Source: Vicugna vicugna
Lineage: Eukaryota
Assembly: GCA_013265495.1 (NCBI GenBank)
Contig: MU061603.1
Span: 312,923 to 376,922, forward strand
DNA: 64,000 nt
Reading direction: 5' to 3'
The notes below the pieces were generated by a model, which made no database searches, had not been told where the DNA came from, and saw only the letters and a program-made list of their open reading frames with translations. Of this stretch, positions 11,640 to 25,350 are shown piece by piece. How positions within the stretch are numbered: the first letter of the stretch is position 1; the number at the start of each line of letters is the position of its first letter. Both the position numbers and the translations under genes were made by a program.

Positions 11640-13700
11640 AACCAGACAAGCAGAGGTTCCTTTTTCCCTTTTACATATGTAGACACGTAATGCATTCCTG
11701 TGGTTTCAAAATAAAAAAGCACAAGCAGGTACACAGGGCACCACACCGCCCTCTGTCCAGCCCCCACCATGAGTAAACATGTTTAGTCACTTCTAGAATT
11801 TATTTAGATTCTTACTTTTCCTCGGTTTGCACAAAAAGACACTACCTAAAACACAGAGATTTTTCCTCAACGGTACATAAAACAGAACACTGTTAGGGGT
11901 CTGTGCACGTTGATCCATTCAGTAGTCGGATTCTTCCTGGGTGTTAGGAAGATTAGCGTCTTATTTATCTTTTCTGGAACTTGTGGTTTGTCCTTTTTCA
12001 CTTAGTATATCATACTTTTTTAGAAAAAAATTGTATTTAACATATTTTTTCTTTTATGGCTTCTGTGTAGTGAGTTAGCGTTAGAAAGCCTTCCTTCTGA
12101 CAAGTTTACAGGGGAATTCATCACTATTTCCTTTCAACATTTAAATCTTTGTTTTTCTACATTTAAATCTTATATCCATTCAAAATATATCATGGTGAAT
12201 GGTGTGAATAAGAATACAACATTTTTTAGATTTTTAAAAATTATTATTTCGTCCTAGTAATCCATGAATTTTTAAAGAATATAAAATTCAATCCCCTGTA
12301 ATTTATTTTACGTACAGCATGAAGTAGGGAGATGGTTTTATTATTGTTTGTTTTTGTCTTTTTCCAAATGACCAACCACTCAAAACAACATATACTGAGA
12401 AAGAAAAAAACCTCTTTTCCTTCCCATTTGAAATCCTCTCTTTTCCCATAGGATGCCCCCGTGTGTATGTCTGGTAGAGCATCTTCTTTAAAACAGGACT
12501 GCGTTTTTTATCTGTAAGCCTTGTCTATATATTTGTAAAACAATAGTAAGTAGTTTTATCTGTAAGCTTTCAATATGCTACAGTGTCATTTTATTTAATT
12601 TAAAGACATATCAAGTTTCCAACATTGAATTAATGGTTCTTACTTCACTTTCATAAACAGATTATTTAAAATAGCTCGTGTTCATAAGAAAATATATTTA
12701 CCTTGAAGTTTCATTTCTGTAAAAGTCCCAGTCTTTCCCCTCACCCACTTCTTTATTCTGAGATGTTGGTCCCTATTGGAAGTAGAACAACTTAGTCTCC
12801 TTTAACAAGTGCTGATTGTCTCCCATGGGATTTGGATCACTTATTTTTCTCCTTGATCTATTAGGGGATTTTTTTTAAGTAAATTATCCTCACTAGCATA
12901 TTTCTGTTTCTTCTTATTTCTCCTTGGATTTTGCTCTATGAATGCTGATGTTACGCTATCTGGTGCAAAGATAATTATAACAGAAAAGCATTTTGGCTTT
13001 TTTTTTAATCACACTAAAGTTTTCTTTTTTGGTCTTAATGTATTTTGCCATGAATTCAGCCTTTTCCCATATAAGTAGTAAAGTCCCTACATTGTTTCAC
13101 TTGTAACTCCCTCGTTGTCTATGCCATCGTCTACATTGAAACCTTCTGAGCTCTTAGTCTTCAGTGCATCCGGCTGTGTATAGTGTGGAGCTGGGTTTCC
13201 TTCTAATCCAACCTGAGAGTCTTTTAATAGGTGCGTTTATTCTGTTTACCTTTGACGTGGCAACTGTTTGACCCTTACTTCACCAAACAGGATACATAAA
13301 TGGTAAATAGATGATACACAGGAAAAAAAGCCAGTATCATTAGTCATTACAGAAATTCAAATTAAAACCACTATGCAAAGAAGATACCACTACTCTCCTA
13401 TTGGAAAACTACAATTTTTAAAAGTTAAAAGCTGACAATATCAAATGCTGGTGAGGACGCGGAGGAACTGGAACTCCCCTACACTGCTGGTGGGATGGAG
13501 GACTGGCACAGCCGCTTTGGAAAATGGTCTGGCAGTTTCTGATACCAGCTCATTCTCTGAAGGAAATCCTATTCTTCTGGTTATAGTCATATTAAACCAT
13601 TTTTAAGGGTCTTGCTAAAGGAAATAATGTTCCGAAAGGACCCCAATTGCTACACAGTAGATGCCGTATAAACGGTCACGATCAGCTCATCCTCCAAGGC
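11640..13700. mobile_element. Cluster of highly degenerate L1M fragments in both orientations
   Basis: AT-rich block; e.g. caaatgctggtgaggacgcggaggaactggaactcccctacactgctggtggg at ~13442 (+) is a typical L1M ORF2-end motif. Confidence 0.6.
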
Positions 13701-15332
13701 GGAGGGGACACTTCCTCCTGGCTTTCTGACCGAGCACGAGACACCTTAACGTGTGAAGCCAGACCTGCACAGACATCAGCTCCACCTGCTCAGGTGCATA
13801 GCTTCTCCCTGCTCCTTACCTGCTTCCTGGGCTTCAGCGTCCCCTCAGATCACTGATGACGATCGCACTCACCTCATAAGAAAGCCGTGAGAAATTAAGG
13901 TGAGCAGATCTTGGATGCTCCAGCACATTCCATGATTATTGTTTCCATGGGGAACCCTCCCTAGACTGTATTTTTAGCACCTCTTGATTGTTTAATCACG
14001 TGTTTGTTTTGGAAGAAGAGAAAAATTTGGCCATGATGGAATTGCTCCCATCTGTCATCAGGTTTGGGACTGGGACACTATCAAGCTTTTCAAAAACATC
14101 ACAGCCAACCCCACCCTCAGCATCCCCACCTGCCCAACACAGTTTCATCATGGTTTTGCTATTTCATGTTGCGTTTCAATGTTAAGATGATCTCATTAAC
14201 ACTTAACATTTTCTTCCCTTAAAAAATGTTACCTGGAAGTCAGTCCTATCCTTAAAAACATCTTTTTGATTGACGTCAAATAGTTAAACATTTGACCTAA
14301 GAACGACAAAACTAGGGAAAAGACAGGCCCAGCAGGAGTGCACTCTTGTTCCGTGCTGGGTCTCATCTTGGTGCTGCAGGCTCCCCCTGAGGGGGCAGAA
14401 CTGGAGGGTCTGCCTCACGGTCATTGTACCTCAAGGACAATGTGCCCAGTTGGGCTTGGTGCCCGTCTTGAGGCTCAGCTCACTGTGACCCTCTAGGACG
14501 CCAACCTCTGTGCTTTGTTTTGACAGGTCCCTGCATTGAGCTCCCTGAGGAGATGAGCCTTTCTTCAGTGACCAGTCAGCCATCCTTGACAAGCGTCCCA
14601 AAGCACAGCCACCCTCAGCTGGCGCACGGAGCTATGGGGAGATGTCCCCTCCTGCCAGGAAGAGGGCCCTGCTGGTAGGTCCCCACTGCCTGCACACTCC
14701 TCCTGGGACCTCTCATCGTACCCGGCAGGGCTCAGCCCCAGGGGCCCCATCAGAGAGAGGCAGCTCTCCAGCATCCAGGCCTCTGAGGTGTCCAGTGAAC
14801 AGCGAGGGTCCTACTCAGACCCCTGCACTCCTAGGGAAGGCCTGCTTATGCCAGCCTCGACCGCCGGGCAGCAGCAGAAGCAGCAGCAGGGCAAGGCCCC
14901 AGGACAAGGAGATGGCCACTGAACTTGGGACTGCCCGGGATCCCGAATGTGGCCAGGGGTCATCGATGGCTGGGCTTTAACTTTGTTAATGATGCTGACA
15001 TGCAAAAGTTCTTTTATTTTAATATAATCATATTTATCACACTGTTAATGATTTCTGCATTGTGACATGTTTAGATGCTCCCTCCCTAGCCTGATAACAT
15101 AGGTTTTCCCTATGTTTGATTATAATTAACTTAAATTTGAGTTCATCTTGAGTTTATTTTGTAAGGACTGTGAGCCAGTGTTCTCCAGGTGGACAGTTTT
15201 CTCTGCCTCTCCTCCCGATGTGCAAGGCCTTCTCTCTAGGTGCTAAGGCCCTACACATTGACCTGTTTGGGTTTGTTTCTTGGCCTCCAATTTTACCCCG
15301 TCAGATGACTGTCCATAAGTTTATAAGAAGCC

Positions 15333-15660
15333 TTAACACCTAGGAGGGCAATGTAGGGCAATGTACTTGTTCTTATTCGATTTTATCTTGGCTCTTCTTA
15401 GAAATTCCTCATCCCCCACCCCTGATGTCCAAGTCCTTGGCTGCCCTGCAGCAAGAATCCTGGTGCTGGATACCTGACCAAGCTCCTCTTCGTACCTCTC
15501 CATCCACAGAGCCGCATACTCTGCCCGGTGGCCAAGAACCCTCAGCTGTCTTTGCTGTATCTGGAGTGGAGTCCAATCTCTCTCCCTTTTGGCACTAGCC
15601 TTGAATAAACTCTTTCCTACCATTTTTAACAAGTGTCCGGTGAATACTTTCTCCTCACCA
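15333..15660 (+). mobile_element. MER34/MER39-like LTR remnant
   Basis: cagcaagaatcctg...gctgtatctggagtggagtccaatctctctccc...cttgaataaactctttcctaccatttttaacaagtgtc; AATAAA at 15604-15609. Confidence 0.6.
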
Positions 15661-18600
15661 GCAGCACCATGGAGCCTGCCGCGTGGCGGTCACAGCTCAA
15701 GCACACCCAGGCTTACACCCTCAGTTAGTAGGTTCCCCCCACACACCCGCACGACACAGAACCTGAGAAAAGTCTGAGCACTTCCAGAGTGCGGAACCCG
15801 CGCACCCCACCTCTTCTCCAGTGTGTTCTCCTGGGGTCTCCTCCTGCGCCTCCCTCTGCCCATGGCTTCCCAGTGGTCCCGGCTCCCCACTGGCAGTTCT
15901 CAGGTCTCCATGGTGACCGCGCTCCTCTCCTGGCCATGCTTCGCACCACCCCACAGGCTCATTGGGCATGAAGCTTTGGAAGGTCCAGGGCAGGGATACA
16001 ACTTAACCTGCTCTCAAGGGGGACAGAGGCACCCACTGACATTCTCTGAGGATGCAGGAGATTTAGCATCTGCCACAATTAGGGCCCACACTCCACTCTG
16101 GGCTGGGATGAATTTTTTTCCCTAAATCACAATGACAGCCATCACTCACTCCACACTAAATGCTGTTCCCAGCAGCCCTGGATTGTGCTGTTTCACCGAG
16201 GCCTCTGCCTGGAGGTGGCCGTCCCCATCTGCCCAAAGGGCCCAGGACTCACTAGGTCTGCATGGGACACAGATCAACAGTGAGGCTGGACCCTAACTTC
16301 CATATTTCATTTCAGGCAGGCAAGATTTTTTCCTATTGTTTTATAAAAGATTAAAATAGCGGGAAGACACTGGTTAGAGAGACTAGTCATGAGGAATTAC
16401 AAATAATTCAAATATCAAATCTTCTGGAATCTCACATTTAGGTGCAAAAATTGAGCACCTAAGTATGCCCATCCACTGCTCCCACCTGTCACGAGATGGG
16501 GCTGCTCATCAGAAGGGGAGAAGACCCCCACGCCAGGGCCCCGAAGGAGGACAGGGTGACTGCATTGTAGAAAATGACAGGGTATGTGAATCGCACAGGA
16601 GTGTCTTTAAAACATCTACGCAATCTTCTGTTTTTCAATTAAATTGGCCACGGAGTTTAGTTNNNNNNNNNNNNNNNNNNNNNNNNNNNNNNNNNNNNNN
16701 NNNNNNNNNNNNNNNNNNNNNNNNNNNNNNNNNNNNNNNNNNNNNNNNNNNNNNNNNNNNNNNNNNNNNNNNNNNNNNNNNNNNNNNNNNNNNNTAAAAA
16801 TAGGACAAATTATTCAATGACTTGTCTCAATTTAACAATCTTGGAAAAGAAAGACTGGAATCTACAGTGTCCAGTTGATGTAAAAATAGACCCGTATTGA
16901 TTATACAAATCTATCATGAGAAGTTACCCAGTGATATTGAGTTGTTGTCCTTCCGACACAGACATCTCGTTTCCACGTCTAGAGAAGCGTTCTCAGTGAG
17001 CTCTACTGGTGGGAGGGTGTGTCACCCGGGCCACTCTGTGCCCAGGAAGGGACACGGAAGGGCTGAAGGGTTCCCACAACCCTTCTCAGTAAGTAAGGAG
17101 AACCCAAGAGTGGGCTTTGGGTTTACCTTAAATCAGAGTGGAATCTGCTGCTCAGAGGTGCCCATGATCACCTTACATCATCTCCGCGTGTGCAGGGTGG
17201 TGTGCGATCAGTGTGCACGAGAGACGGGGAGGGTGCCGGGGCCAAGTGGGGGCGCTGCAGGAGGGGTGCAGGAGCCGCTCAGGCATGGGGGCCAGGACCC
17301 ACCGGGGCGTGACGCTCTGCGGCCAGCCGGCGGACAACCAGTGATGGCCGGGACCTGTCCCTTTGCGCATGCTGCATGTCTTGGAATCCAAACTAAGTGA
17401 CACACAATTAGGAACTTCACGGCATGCGATGCTGAGTGCAAAGGGCTTGTGCAGCCACGGTTTCGGCAGGGGCAAAGGCAGAACTGCGGGCTTCTCTGGG
17501 ACTGATGCCTGGGCGGGGAGAGCCGGCACTCCAAGCCGGCAGGAGAGGCAGAGGTGTCTTTGTCAGGAGTCCCAGGACATGGGAGTGGTCCCCTGAGATG
17601 TGTGCTTCGTGCCTGGGCCTCAGGGGGCATGGGAGTTGCTGGTGGGAGGCAAGAAACAAGTTCTGGCTGCTGGTGGGCCCACTGCCCAATGCACATGCCC
17701 CGGGGAGTGAAAGCCTGTGGACGGGATGCTGCGTGGCTTGCCTGCAGGCGGCCCTGCACATGTTTACAAAGCCCAAGAGGTGGACAGATCTCTTGGGGAT
17801 TGGTCTGGGACTTCCTCGCTGTTTAAACACCAGTTCTTAGTAAATGACTGCCAGCTGTTTTGGAATCCACCCATCCAAAGTCTGATCTGCCTGGAACCAC
17901 AGAAGTCAGTGCCTGGGGGAGCCCAGGACACCCGTGCGCCAGCGGCTGCCAACTGCTCACCATCCATCACGATCCCCGTCTCGCCTCCCGCACATTTTCA
18001 GTGAAATCTGCTCTTGTATGTCCTCTCATCCCCAGGAAGGAACAGTGACCACCTACATCGCTCCACAGCATGACGGGGACACGGGAGGGCTCTGATCAGG
18101 CACTGGGGGCTGGGTTGGCTCCACATTAAGTGGAGAAGCGTGTGGAGTATGAGGGCATCTGGGGGCCCCCGTTCTCCCCCTAGCTGATGTCAAAGAGGCC
18201 TTACAGAAAGAAACAGGACAACTGTCCTCACTGAGGGAAGAGCCTGTGTTTTCTAAGACACGCTGGCAGGTGGCGCTGCCGGATACAGTTTTAGGATAGA
18301 ACGTACGCTAAGATAAGGCAGGGAGTTTTCAGGCCAAAGCTGTGTGACTTTGCTAGAGATCCGTTGTTAAAGCAGAGGCAGGGCTCAGCTGACAGTCCAT
18401 GTGCTGTTGCAATCTCACAGCATGAGGCCTACGTGAGGGTGACTCTGTGCCTGGGCACATCCGGGGGTGGGCAGTGGGGCAAATCCGATGCCTGGGCACC
18501 TTCCTGGCTGTTCAGAACCAGCCGGCCAGGCACCGCCACCACTGTGTGCGCTTGAGCTAAGGGCTCCAACACCACCAGCACAACTTTGCTGGTGTCACTG

Positions 18601-19112
18601 TTAGCTGAGAGGTGCTGAACATGAGTGGCTCCCTGGGTAACTGGGAGGGAGGTGGGCAGGGGGCTGCCGGCTCTTCCCTCCAGAATCCCTGCACCAACAC
18701 CCACCTGTGGCTCTCCCCTCAGGCCTCCATGTATACCCAAAACTCAAACACAACAAAATGAAACAAAGCACAAACTACGGAGAATGGGACCAATTCAGTG
18801 CCTTGATGCTGCGGGACTTCAGTAAAGGAAAAAAGAAAAGAGACTTTCTTCCTCTCTAGCAGATGTTGGAGACAGACGCCCAGGCACCACTGGGACCTTG
18901 GTGGGAGTCAAGGCCACCTCTGTGTCCCAGAGCTGCTGCCCCCTCTCCTCCCGGGGTCAGGATTTCTAGGGGAAGTCAAGTCATGGCTGTCAGGGAATGC
19001 CCTGGGGGTGGCAGTCGTCTGTCCGTACTCCAAGTTCATTTGTTCTTCATATGCATCCATCTTAATCCCAGGAACAAATAACTGATTTTAATTTTGCTTA
19101 TGCCATGCCATT

Positions 19113-19138
19113 CACACACACACACCACACACACACAC
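19113..19138. repeat. (CA)n microsatellite, interrupted
   Basis: cacacacacacaccacacacacacac. Confidence 0.85.
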
Positions 19139-22100
19139 TTGCATTAAGCATGACCTCTGGCAGAATAATTTCTTTTTATCTTAGAGAATAGATTTGATAT
19201 GGAACAGATTATATTTTCAGGGTAATTAAGGAATACAAATGTCTGAGTCGTTACCACAAAGTCAAGTCGTGTAAGGAGGTCTAGCCCCAAAATGGGGCCC
19301 TTGAAATTCGGTTTGTTATGAAACAGATGGAGGAGACAAATTCCGCTACACCATCACAGGACCTGCCTCCACGACGTGCGTGCACACACGAGAGACAAAA
19401 GGAAACTTCCCGAATCCTTTCCAAAGCATCCTGTGGCTTCCCAGACGTGGAAGTTCACCAGGCGCTCCCCGTCTGGGGTGCCGGCCCCTGACCCCGAGAG
19501 GGAAAATCTAGGTCAGGTTCCAGTTGCTGGGGCTGGGCCCATGGTCCATGCTGGTCTCACTGGCCGCCCTGCTGGCCACACCAACCACAGTCCCAGCCAC
19601 TCGAGTGCCCCCTGCACCCCACGCTCCTACATTCCTATGTTCAGCTGCTCCGCCCACACTGCCTCCCTCCGAGGCACGGGGCCTGCCTGTGGCTCTTGCC
19701 CATCAGATCACACAGAATCAAGGGTGCCCTCCCACCACTGAGGGACTGGGCGGTGGTGGACAACTGTCTGTCAGCGCTCCCTGGGGCCAGCTACCCCTGC
19801 CTTGGATGGGACGCCCTCGAGCTCCTGAGTCCATCCTGGGAAAACTCACAACTCAATTCCCCCCACTGCCCACTTTGCCAACCACTGGGCACCTGGCCTG
19901 GACTTTTCTTGCCACATACGTCACTGGACAATGGGTACTGTGGAATCAGAGCTCTTCAAAATTCTTTGCTGTACCCCAAAGTCAACTTGGAGGCCTGACC
20001 CATCACGACTGGCCTCCTGACACCCAGGTGGGGGTCCCCATCCTGCCTGCTGACCTCTGGGCCTGGTGACACAGCTCCCAGCAGACCTTGAAACCTCCTG
20101 ATTTAGACCCACCCACAGCCTCACAGCCTAAGGACTTGTGAAGCCAGATGAAACCCAACGCGCCGTATGGAGAAACGTCACGTCTTTCGTCATCCACTGC
20201 GGAACCTGGAGTATTACATGAAAATGAGAGGCTGCTAGTGCAAATTCGACTTTCAAAGCAAACCACAGCTGGGGAGGCGGGATATTCAGGCCCAGGGACA
20301 CTGCCGAGGCCGCCAACTGTCAGCTGGCCACAGCTCACCCCTCATTCATTTCACCAAACCAAAATATTTTGAAACTCATGGTCTCTATGGAGTTTGGATT
20401 TTTGGTTTTTGCTTTGTTGCTCTTTTTTTAATTGAAGCCATTACAAAACCAAGGATAAGTCAGTTTCTGGGGAGTTAGTTACACGTAACTAATGGGACTG
20501 CATACTGAGAATGACAAGTGTACCAGCAGATCTGTGACCCTCCCCAAGAGCGCTACTCAATGCAGGGCACACTGTGACCTTGCATTTCCTGCGCGGGCGA
20601 CACACACGGAGGCAGCGGTTGCCTTACGAGTCATGCATGCGGGTCAGGGGCAGGGCTGGCCAAGCGGGTAGACCAGCAGGATCTCAACTCAGGCGATTAC
20701 AGAACACACCATGCAGAAAGGTGGGCGCACCCTGGACCCTAGTTGGGGCCACCTGCCAGGGGGTGAACCTGGACAAGGTGACAGGCCAACCTAGCCCTTC
20801 CTTCTCGAGAGGGAGGTGAAAGCAGGGATTCAAGCACTCTATCCAGCTCGCTCCTGGGACGATGGTGCAGGATTTCTATCAGCTGCAGACAGAGCATCGC
20901 GTCTCTGAAGGCTGGCCGGATCCTGCCTGAGCCCAGAGCCCACCCATCAGCCAGGGTTTGGGGGTGTCAGCCCCCACAGTGCCCTGCAATCTGGGGAAAC
21001 TTGTACACGTGGCTTGTCTCTGAATCACCAATCTGCTTTGGACCAGACCTGTCTCTACAGTTTAGAATTAGTTATTGCTTCTAGTGACAGAAGATATTGG
21101 AAGTCCTGGTGGCTTTGGAGTCAGATAAACATGGCAGGCTCAGGGTGGCTGGGTCTGGGGGTCCACCCTGCAGGACACAGACCCCGGAGTGGACCGGCCC
21201 AGGGTCAGGGTCCATGGAAGCATTTGGAAGTTCGAGGCTATCCTCTACTCTACTGAGGCTGGAGCACAAGAGGCATGCAAGGGTCTCGAGGGGACACACG
21301 GAAGGGGTCGTTCCAAAGGGCAGCAGCCTCACCAAGCAGGGTGTGATGGGTTGGGAACCTCACACATCGGCTATGGCGGGCTGTCCACACAGGTGGTCGT
21401 GCCTGTCTTCATTTTGGTCAGAAGGAAACAGGCAGCACCTGTAAGCGGTGCACTATTTACAGAGCATCTTAAATAATTTAGAGAGACTCCTACTTAGAAG
21501 GCGCCAACATTTGTACACGAGTATTGTACAAGGTTGAAAGTAACTAAGGCAGTATCATACAGTGTAATCACAAATAAAAAGGGAGTTGTTGACCAAACCC
21601 TAAGGAACGTTATGGCTGAACGGGGCCCCTGTGCCCACAGGAAGCAGATAGGGTTTGGAACTGCTGATGATGGAGGAGGTGCTGCTCACAAAGGGGAATC
21701 TTGCTGTCTCAGCACATCCGAGGCCCCGATGGCTTCCCGTGGCCATGGTGACAGCTGGCCACACGTTCCATGGCTTTGCCAACACTTGTAGGGGGTCCCA
21801 CGGCTCTGCGGACCTGAGGTCCCGACACGGCCAGGCTGGGCTCTCGCCCAGAGGCTCAGGGTCCATCTCACTCGGGTCGACGTGAATTCAGCGCCCATGG
21901 GAGTGGGTTGTGGGAGTGCGGATCGCTTCCTCACTGGCTGACGGCTGGGGCGCCCTAACCTTAGACTGCCTGTGGCCCCTCAGCTTTCAACAGCAACCTC
22001 ATGCTTTGAATCTTCCTGACCGCCCGCCTGCCTTGTCCACTTCTAAGGGGCAACGTGGACACACCAAGCCAACCCAGATGGCCTAGGATCCCCTCCCCAG

Positions 22101-23894
22101 CTTGTGGCCTGAGCCCCGGTTCCCTTTGCACAGTCCCCTTTGCCATGTGACAGAGCATATTCATAGGGTCGTGAACCACTGGGCTGTCCCCTCACCCTGC
22201 CTGGGGTGGAGGCTCGGCCATGAGGTGCCGACGGGCGGAAGTGCGCACACCTCCACAGGCCAGTGCTCACTGGGTTCCAGAGATGGCTTGGTTTTCCCTG
22301 AAGGAACGGGGCCCTGTCTGTAAGGAGGGTAGGGAAATCCGGCCACCCATCCAGGGCACATCTGAGAAAAGAACCCTGTCACTGGCCTGCCCACGCACGG
22401 CAGGGTGGCTGACCCTGCTGGCTGCCTCTACACAGCAAAGAGTCACATGCCCACGATGGGGGCAGCCCAGGGGACACCGCTAGCCACCCCCGTGGGGCTC
22501 CGTGCAGAGTGAACTCCTGTTCCAATACTGAAAAGTCTGCCCTTGAGGAGGAGTGAGATGTAGGACCCCCAGGCCCACTGGTTCTACCAAGCAGGGCTCC
22601 CCTGCAAGCCACAGACCTCTCCTCGTCTCTGTCAGAGCTGAGGGTCTCTGGACGGCCATTCCCCCACTGACTTGCCTGTCCAGAGCCTTTGGTCTGGTTT
22701 CAAGCTTTCCTCTCCTTCTGCAGTCGAGAGCTGAGTTCCCCATGTCCAGCTATTTCTGGCCAGTGCCTTCCCATTGGCCCCCCCAGACCCCTGCCCCCAA
22801 CAGCACATCCCAGCACAGCCTCAGTCTTCATCTCCATGGCGACTGCAGCGAAGCGCAGGTCGGAGATCCCCAGACTCGCACAGAATTACTTGGAGTCACT
22901 TTCCCTGTAAATTAGAGCAGGGACCTCTCTATTTACAGCCATCAGCGAACTCCAAAATACCATGTCCAGGGCATGGTTCTGTCAGAGAAATGCCTTCCAT
23001 CCAGGAAGATTTCCCATGGTCGTGAGGTTCACTCGTTTTCAAAATCAACAAAGTCTCGTGCTGTTGTTCAGCGAACAGAAACCCAAGACGCCACTGCAGA
23101 GAGGTAAGAAATGACACCGGCCACCTTCTCTTCTTTGAACAAACACAGTGACGTGGGCAGAAAAAGGAATGTCCGGATTTGACGGGAGCCGATACGCTCA
23201 GGAGGGGCAGGTGGAGAACGCACAGGCGGAGCAGGAAGTGTGCTGGTCACCGTACAGAGACGTGTCTGCAGGGCCCCCAAGAATTCCAGGAGACCCGACT
23301 CTGGCTCTTAGTGAGAAACCAACCTTGAAGAAAGCCAGAGGCCACCACCCTCCGTGCAGTGGGACAAGGCTTCTCAATTATCCCCAGGCCTTCCGTCTAG
23401 GTCCATCCAGCTCTGGCCCAGCTGAGAGAGCCCTGACTCTCACTCTGGGCTCTGCAGGCCGCTGACCAGGGCTGGAGCCGCCCCCAGGGACACAGCTGGG
23501 CTGATGCTGACCGGTCTCGGGGCACACTCAAGGTGGGTCCCCCTGTCCACCTGCCAGCCAGACCTCCAGGGCTCTCCCCACAGCTTGCAGCCCTGGTGGA
23601 TGTTCTGAAGGTCCCGGTGCCCGATACTGACCCGGCCAACCTCCCTCTGGCACCGAGGAGTGGATGGAACAGGCACAGCCGCCGGGAAAGCCTTGGCGTC
23701 CGTGTGGCCAGGGCTGTCCCCTCACTGGAGTCGCTGCCCAGCTGCTTGGGGCCGTGCCTGGACAGTGACTTCTCCAGCCTGGCCGCTGGCCCCTGGCCCT
23801 GCTCTGCTGCCCGGGCTGGTCCCCGCAGGAGCCTGAGGCCCCTGAAGCCCCGAGCATTTGTGCCCTGTGTCCCCAGTAGCCCTTCTGGGCTCCA

Positions 23895-24233
23895 CTAAGC
23901 CTCCTTCCCAGCTGCTCCAGGGGGCAAGTGCTGACCTGGGGGGCAGGGGGTGAACCCCAAGCCCTGCAGAGCCCCCATCCCAGCTCTGACTGAGAGGCTG
24001 GCATCAGGGGGCACTGGGGGGTGGGCCGTGGCCAGTCTGCTCTGGAAGCCACCTCTTCCATAAAGACACATTTTCCGCTCTGAGTTCATGGACCTGGTTT
24101 GGGAGCCGTTTCCGTCGGTCCTGCCTTCCAGGAAGTATGTCAGCATCTCGCCCTCGCCCTTGACGCTGACTTTGCCTCGGCACACGAAGCGGTACGCAGC
24201 CCACCGCAGCAGCCGGTGAGCTTCCTCGGTCAC
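23895..24233 (-). pseudogene. ADCY1: ADCY1 exon 20 coding portion
   Basis: VTEEAHRLLRWAAYRFVCRGKVSVKGEGEMLTYFLEGRTDGNGSQ...PPGAAGKEA* (TAG 23895-23897); cag acceptor at 24234-24235. Confidence 0.92.
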
Positions 24234-25264
24234 CTGCAGCAGAGACATGCGGGCATCACTCTTGGTCAGTGGGGAGCCCACAGAGGGGTCCCTCCTCCAC
24301 CTGCACGGCCCATCCTGATCACCCAGCCCCTGGCCTCCCTAGCCCGGCCTGGGAGCCGGGTCCTCTGCTCTTCCTGTGGTGACTCTGCTCACTCTGTGAG
24401 AAGGACGTGATCCCACAAAGAGAGCAGGGGACTCAGAGGGGCCTAACCGGCCCCAGACAAGCAGGCGAGGATAGTGTTCCCCATGGATGATGGGTTGGCT
24501 GGACAGGGGACAGGGTGTGAGTTCCGTGGTCACCCCAACCTCCAGCCAGATGTGCAGACATCAAGCTCCAGCTGTGGACAGACAGGAGCAGGCCCGGCTC
24601 TCTGCAGGGCTCTCGGCACCTGCAGTAACCTCGGACAGCTTCGAGGGTTGGGGACTGGCAGGAAGGGCCCAGCACCAGGCTCGTATCCCTGTGGCCGGCA
24701 CAGAGCCCTCAGGGTCCAGGTGGGGTGCCCAGGCTCCTGGGGCTTCTGTGGGTCCAAAAGCGGGGCCACCAGCACAGACAGGGCAGTAGGCACATTCCCC
24801 TAGTGACAACGGGACATGACTTAACTCCCTCAATTCTTGGGTTCCCACACAATGTTAGCTAGAATTCCTGCCTCACAAAGTTAAAAAAAAAAGATGATAG
24901 AGGAGAAAGCACTTTCTAATAAGGTTCTTTAAGCAGAAGAGGACACAGTAACTTGGTTCCTCCTCGCCTTACACTGAAGGAGGAGACCACCTCCCTCCTG
25001 ATTCCCCCAGGTGCTGCTCTGAAAACCCCCCCATGTCATCTCTGGGATCTTTAGTTAAAATGACTCAGCCCTTCCAGGGCCCAGGGTCTCAGGTCCCCCG
25101 GGTGTCAGTCCCCGGCAGAGCTGGGCAGAGGACTGCTCTCTCCCCTGCCCGATGGGCTGGAACCTGGCCTTTCTCCCGCGTGGCCCTCGCACTCACTAAC
25201 CATCGGCCTGCTTCTGGCATGCACATTGTCTAATTCCCGCTCTGGACAGTGAGTGCCCCACACA

Positions 25265-25350
25265 AGGGGTCTTGTCTATCTCACCACGTCTTACCAGGGC
25301 TCCGTATTCATAAGTGCTTGTTGAATGAAAGAAGGAAGGAAGGAAGGTAG
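25265..25350 (+). mobile_element. L2 3' end with (GAAG)n
   Basis: cataagtgcttgttgaatgaaagaaggaaggaagg. Confidence 0.5.

Larger units (their letters stand above)
14990..23894 (-). other. Putative long ADCY1 3' UTR remnant, candidate poly(A) signals at 15153-15158 and 15013-15018
   Basis: These are the first minus-strand AATAAA motifs I found after the stop codon. ADCY1 is known for a multi-kb 3' UTR. The gap at 16663-16794 could hide an earlier signal. Confidence 0.3.

Noticed and set aside
14271-14278. Full CRE palindrome TGACGTCA near a cAMP-pathway gene
   Set aside because: About one 8-mer hit is expected by chance in 64 kb, and it is not in promoter context.
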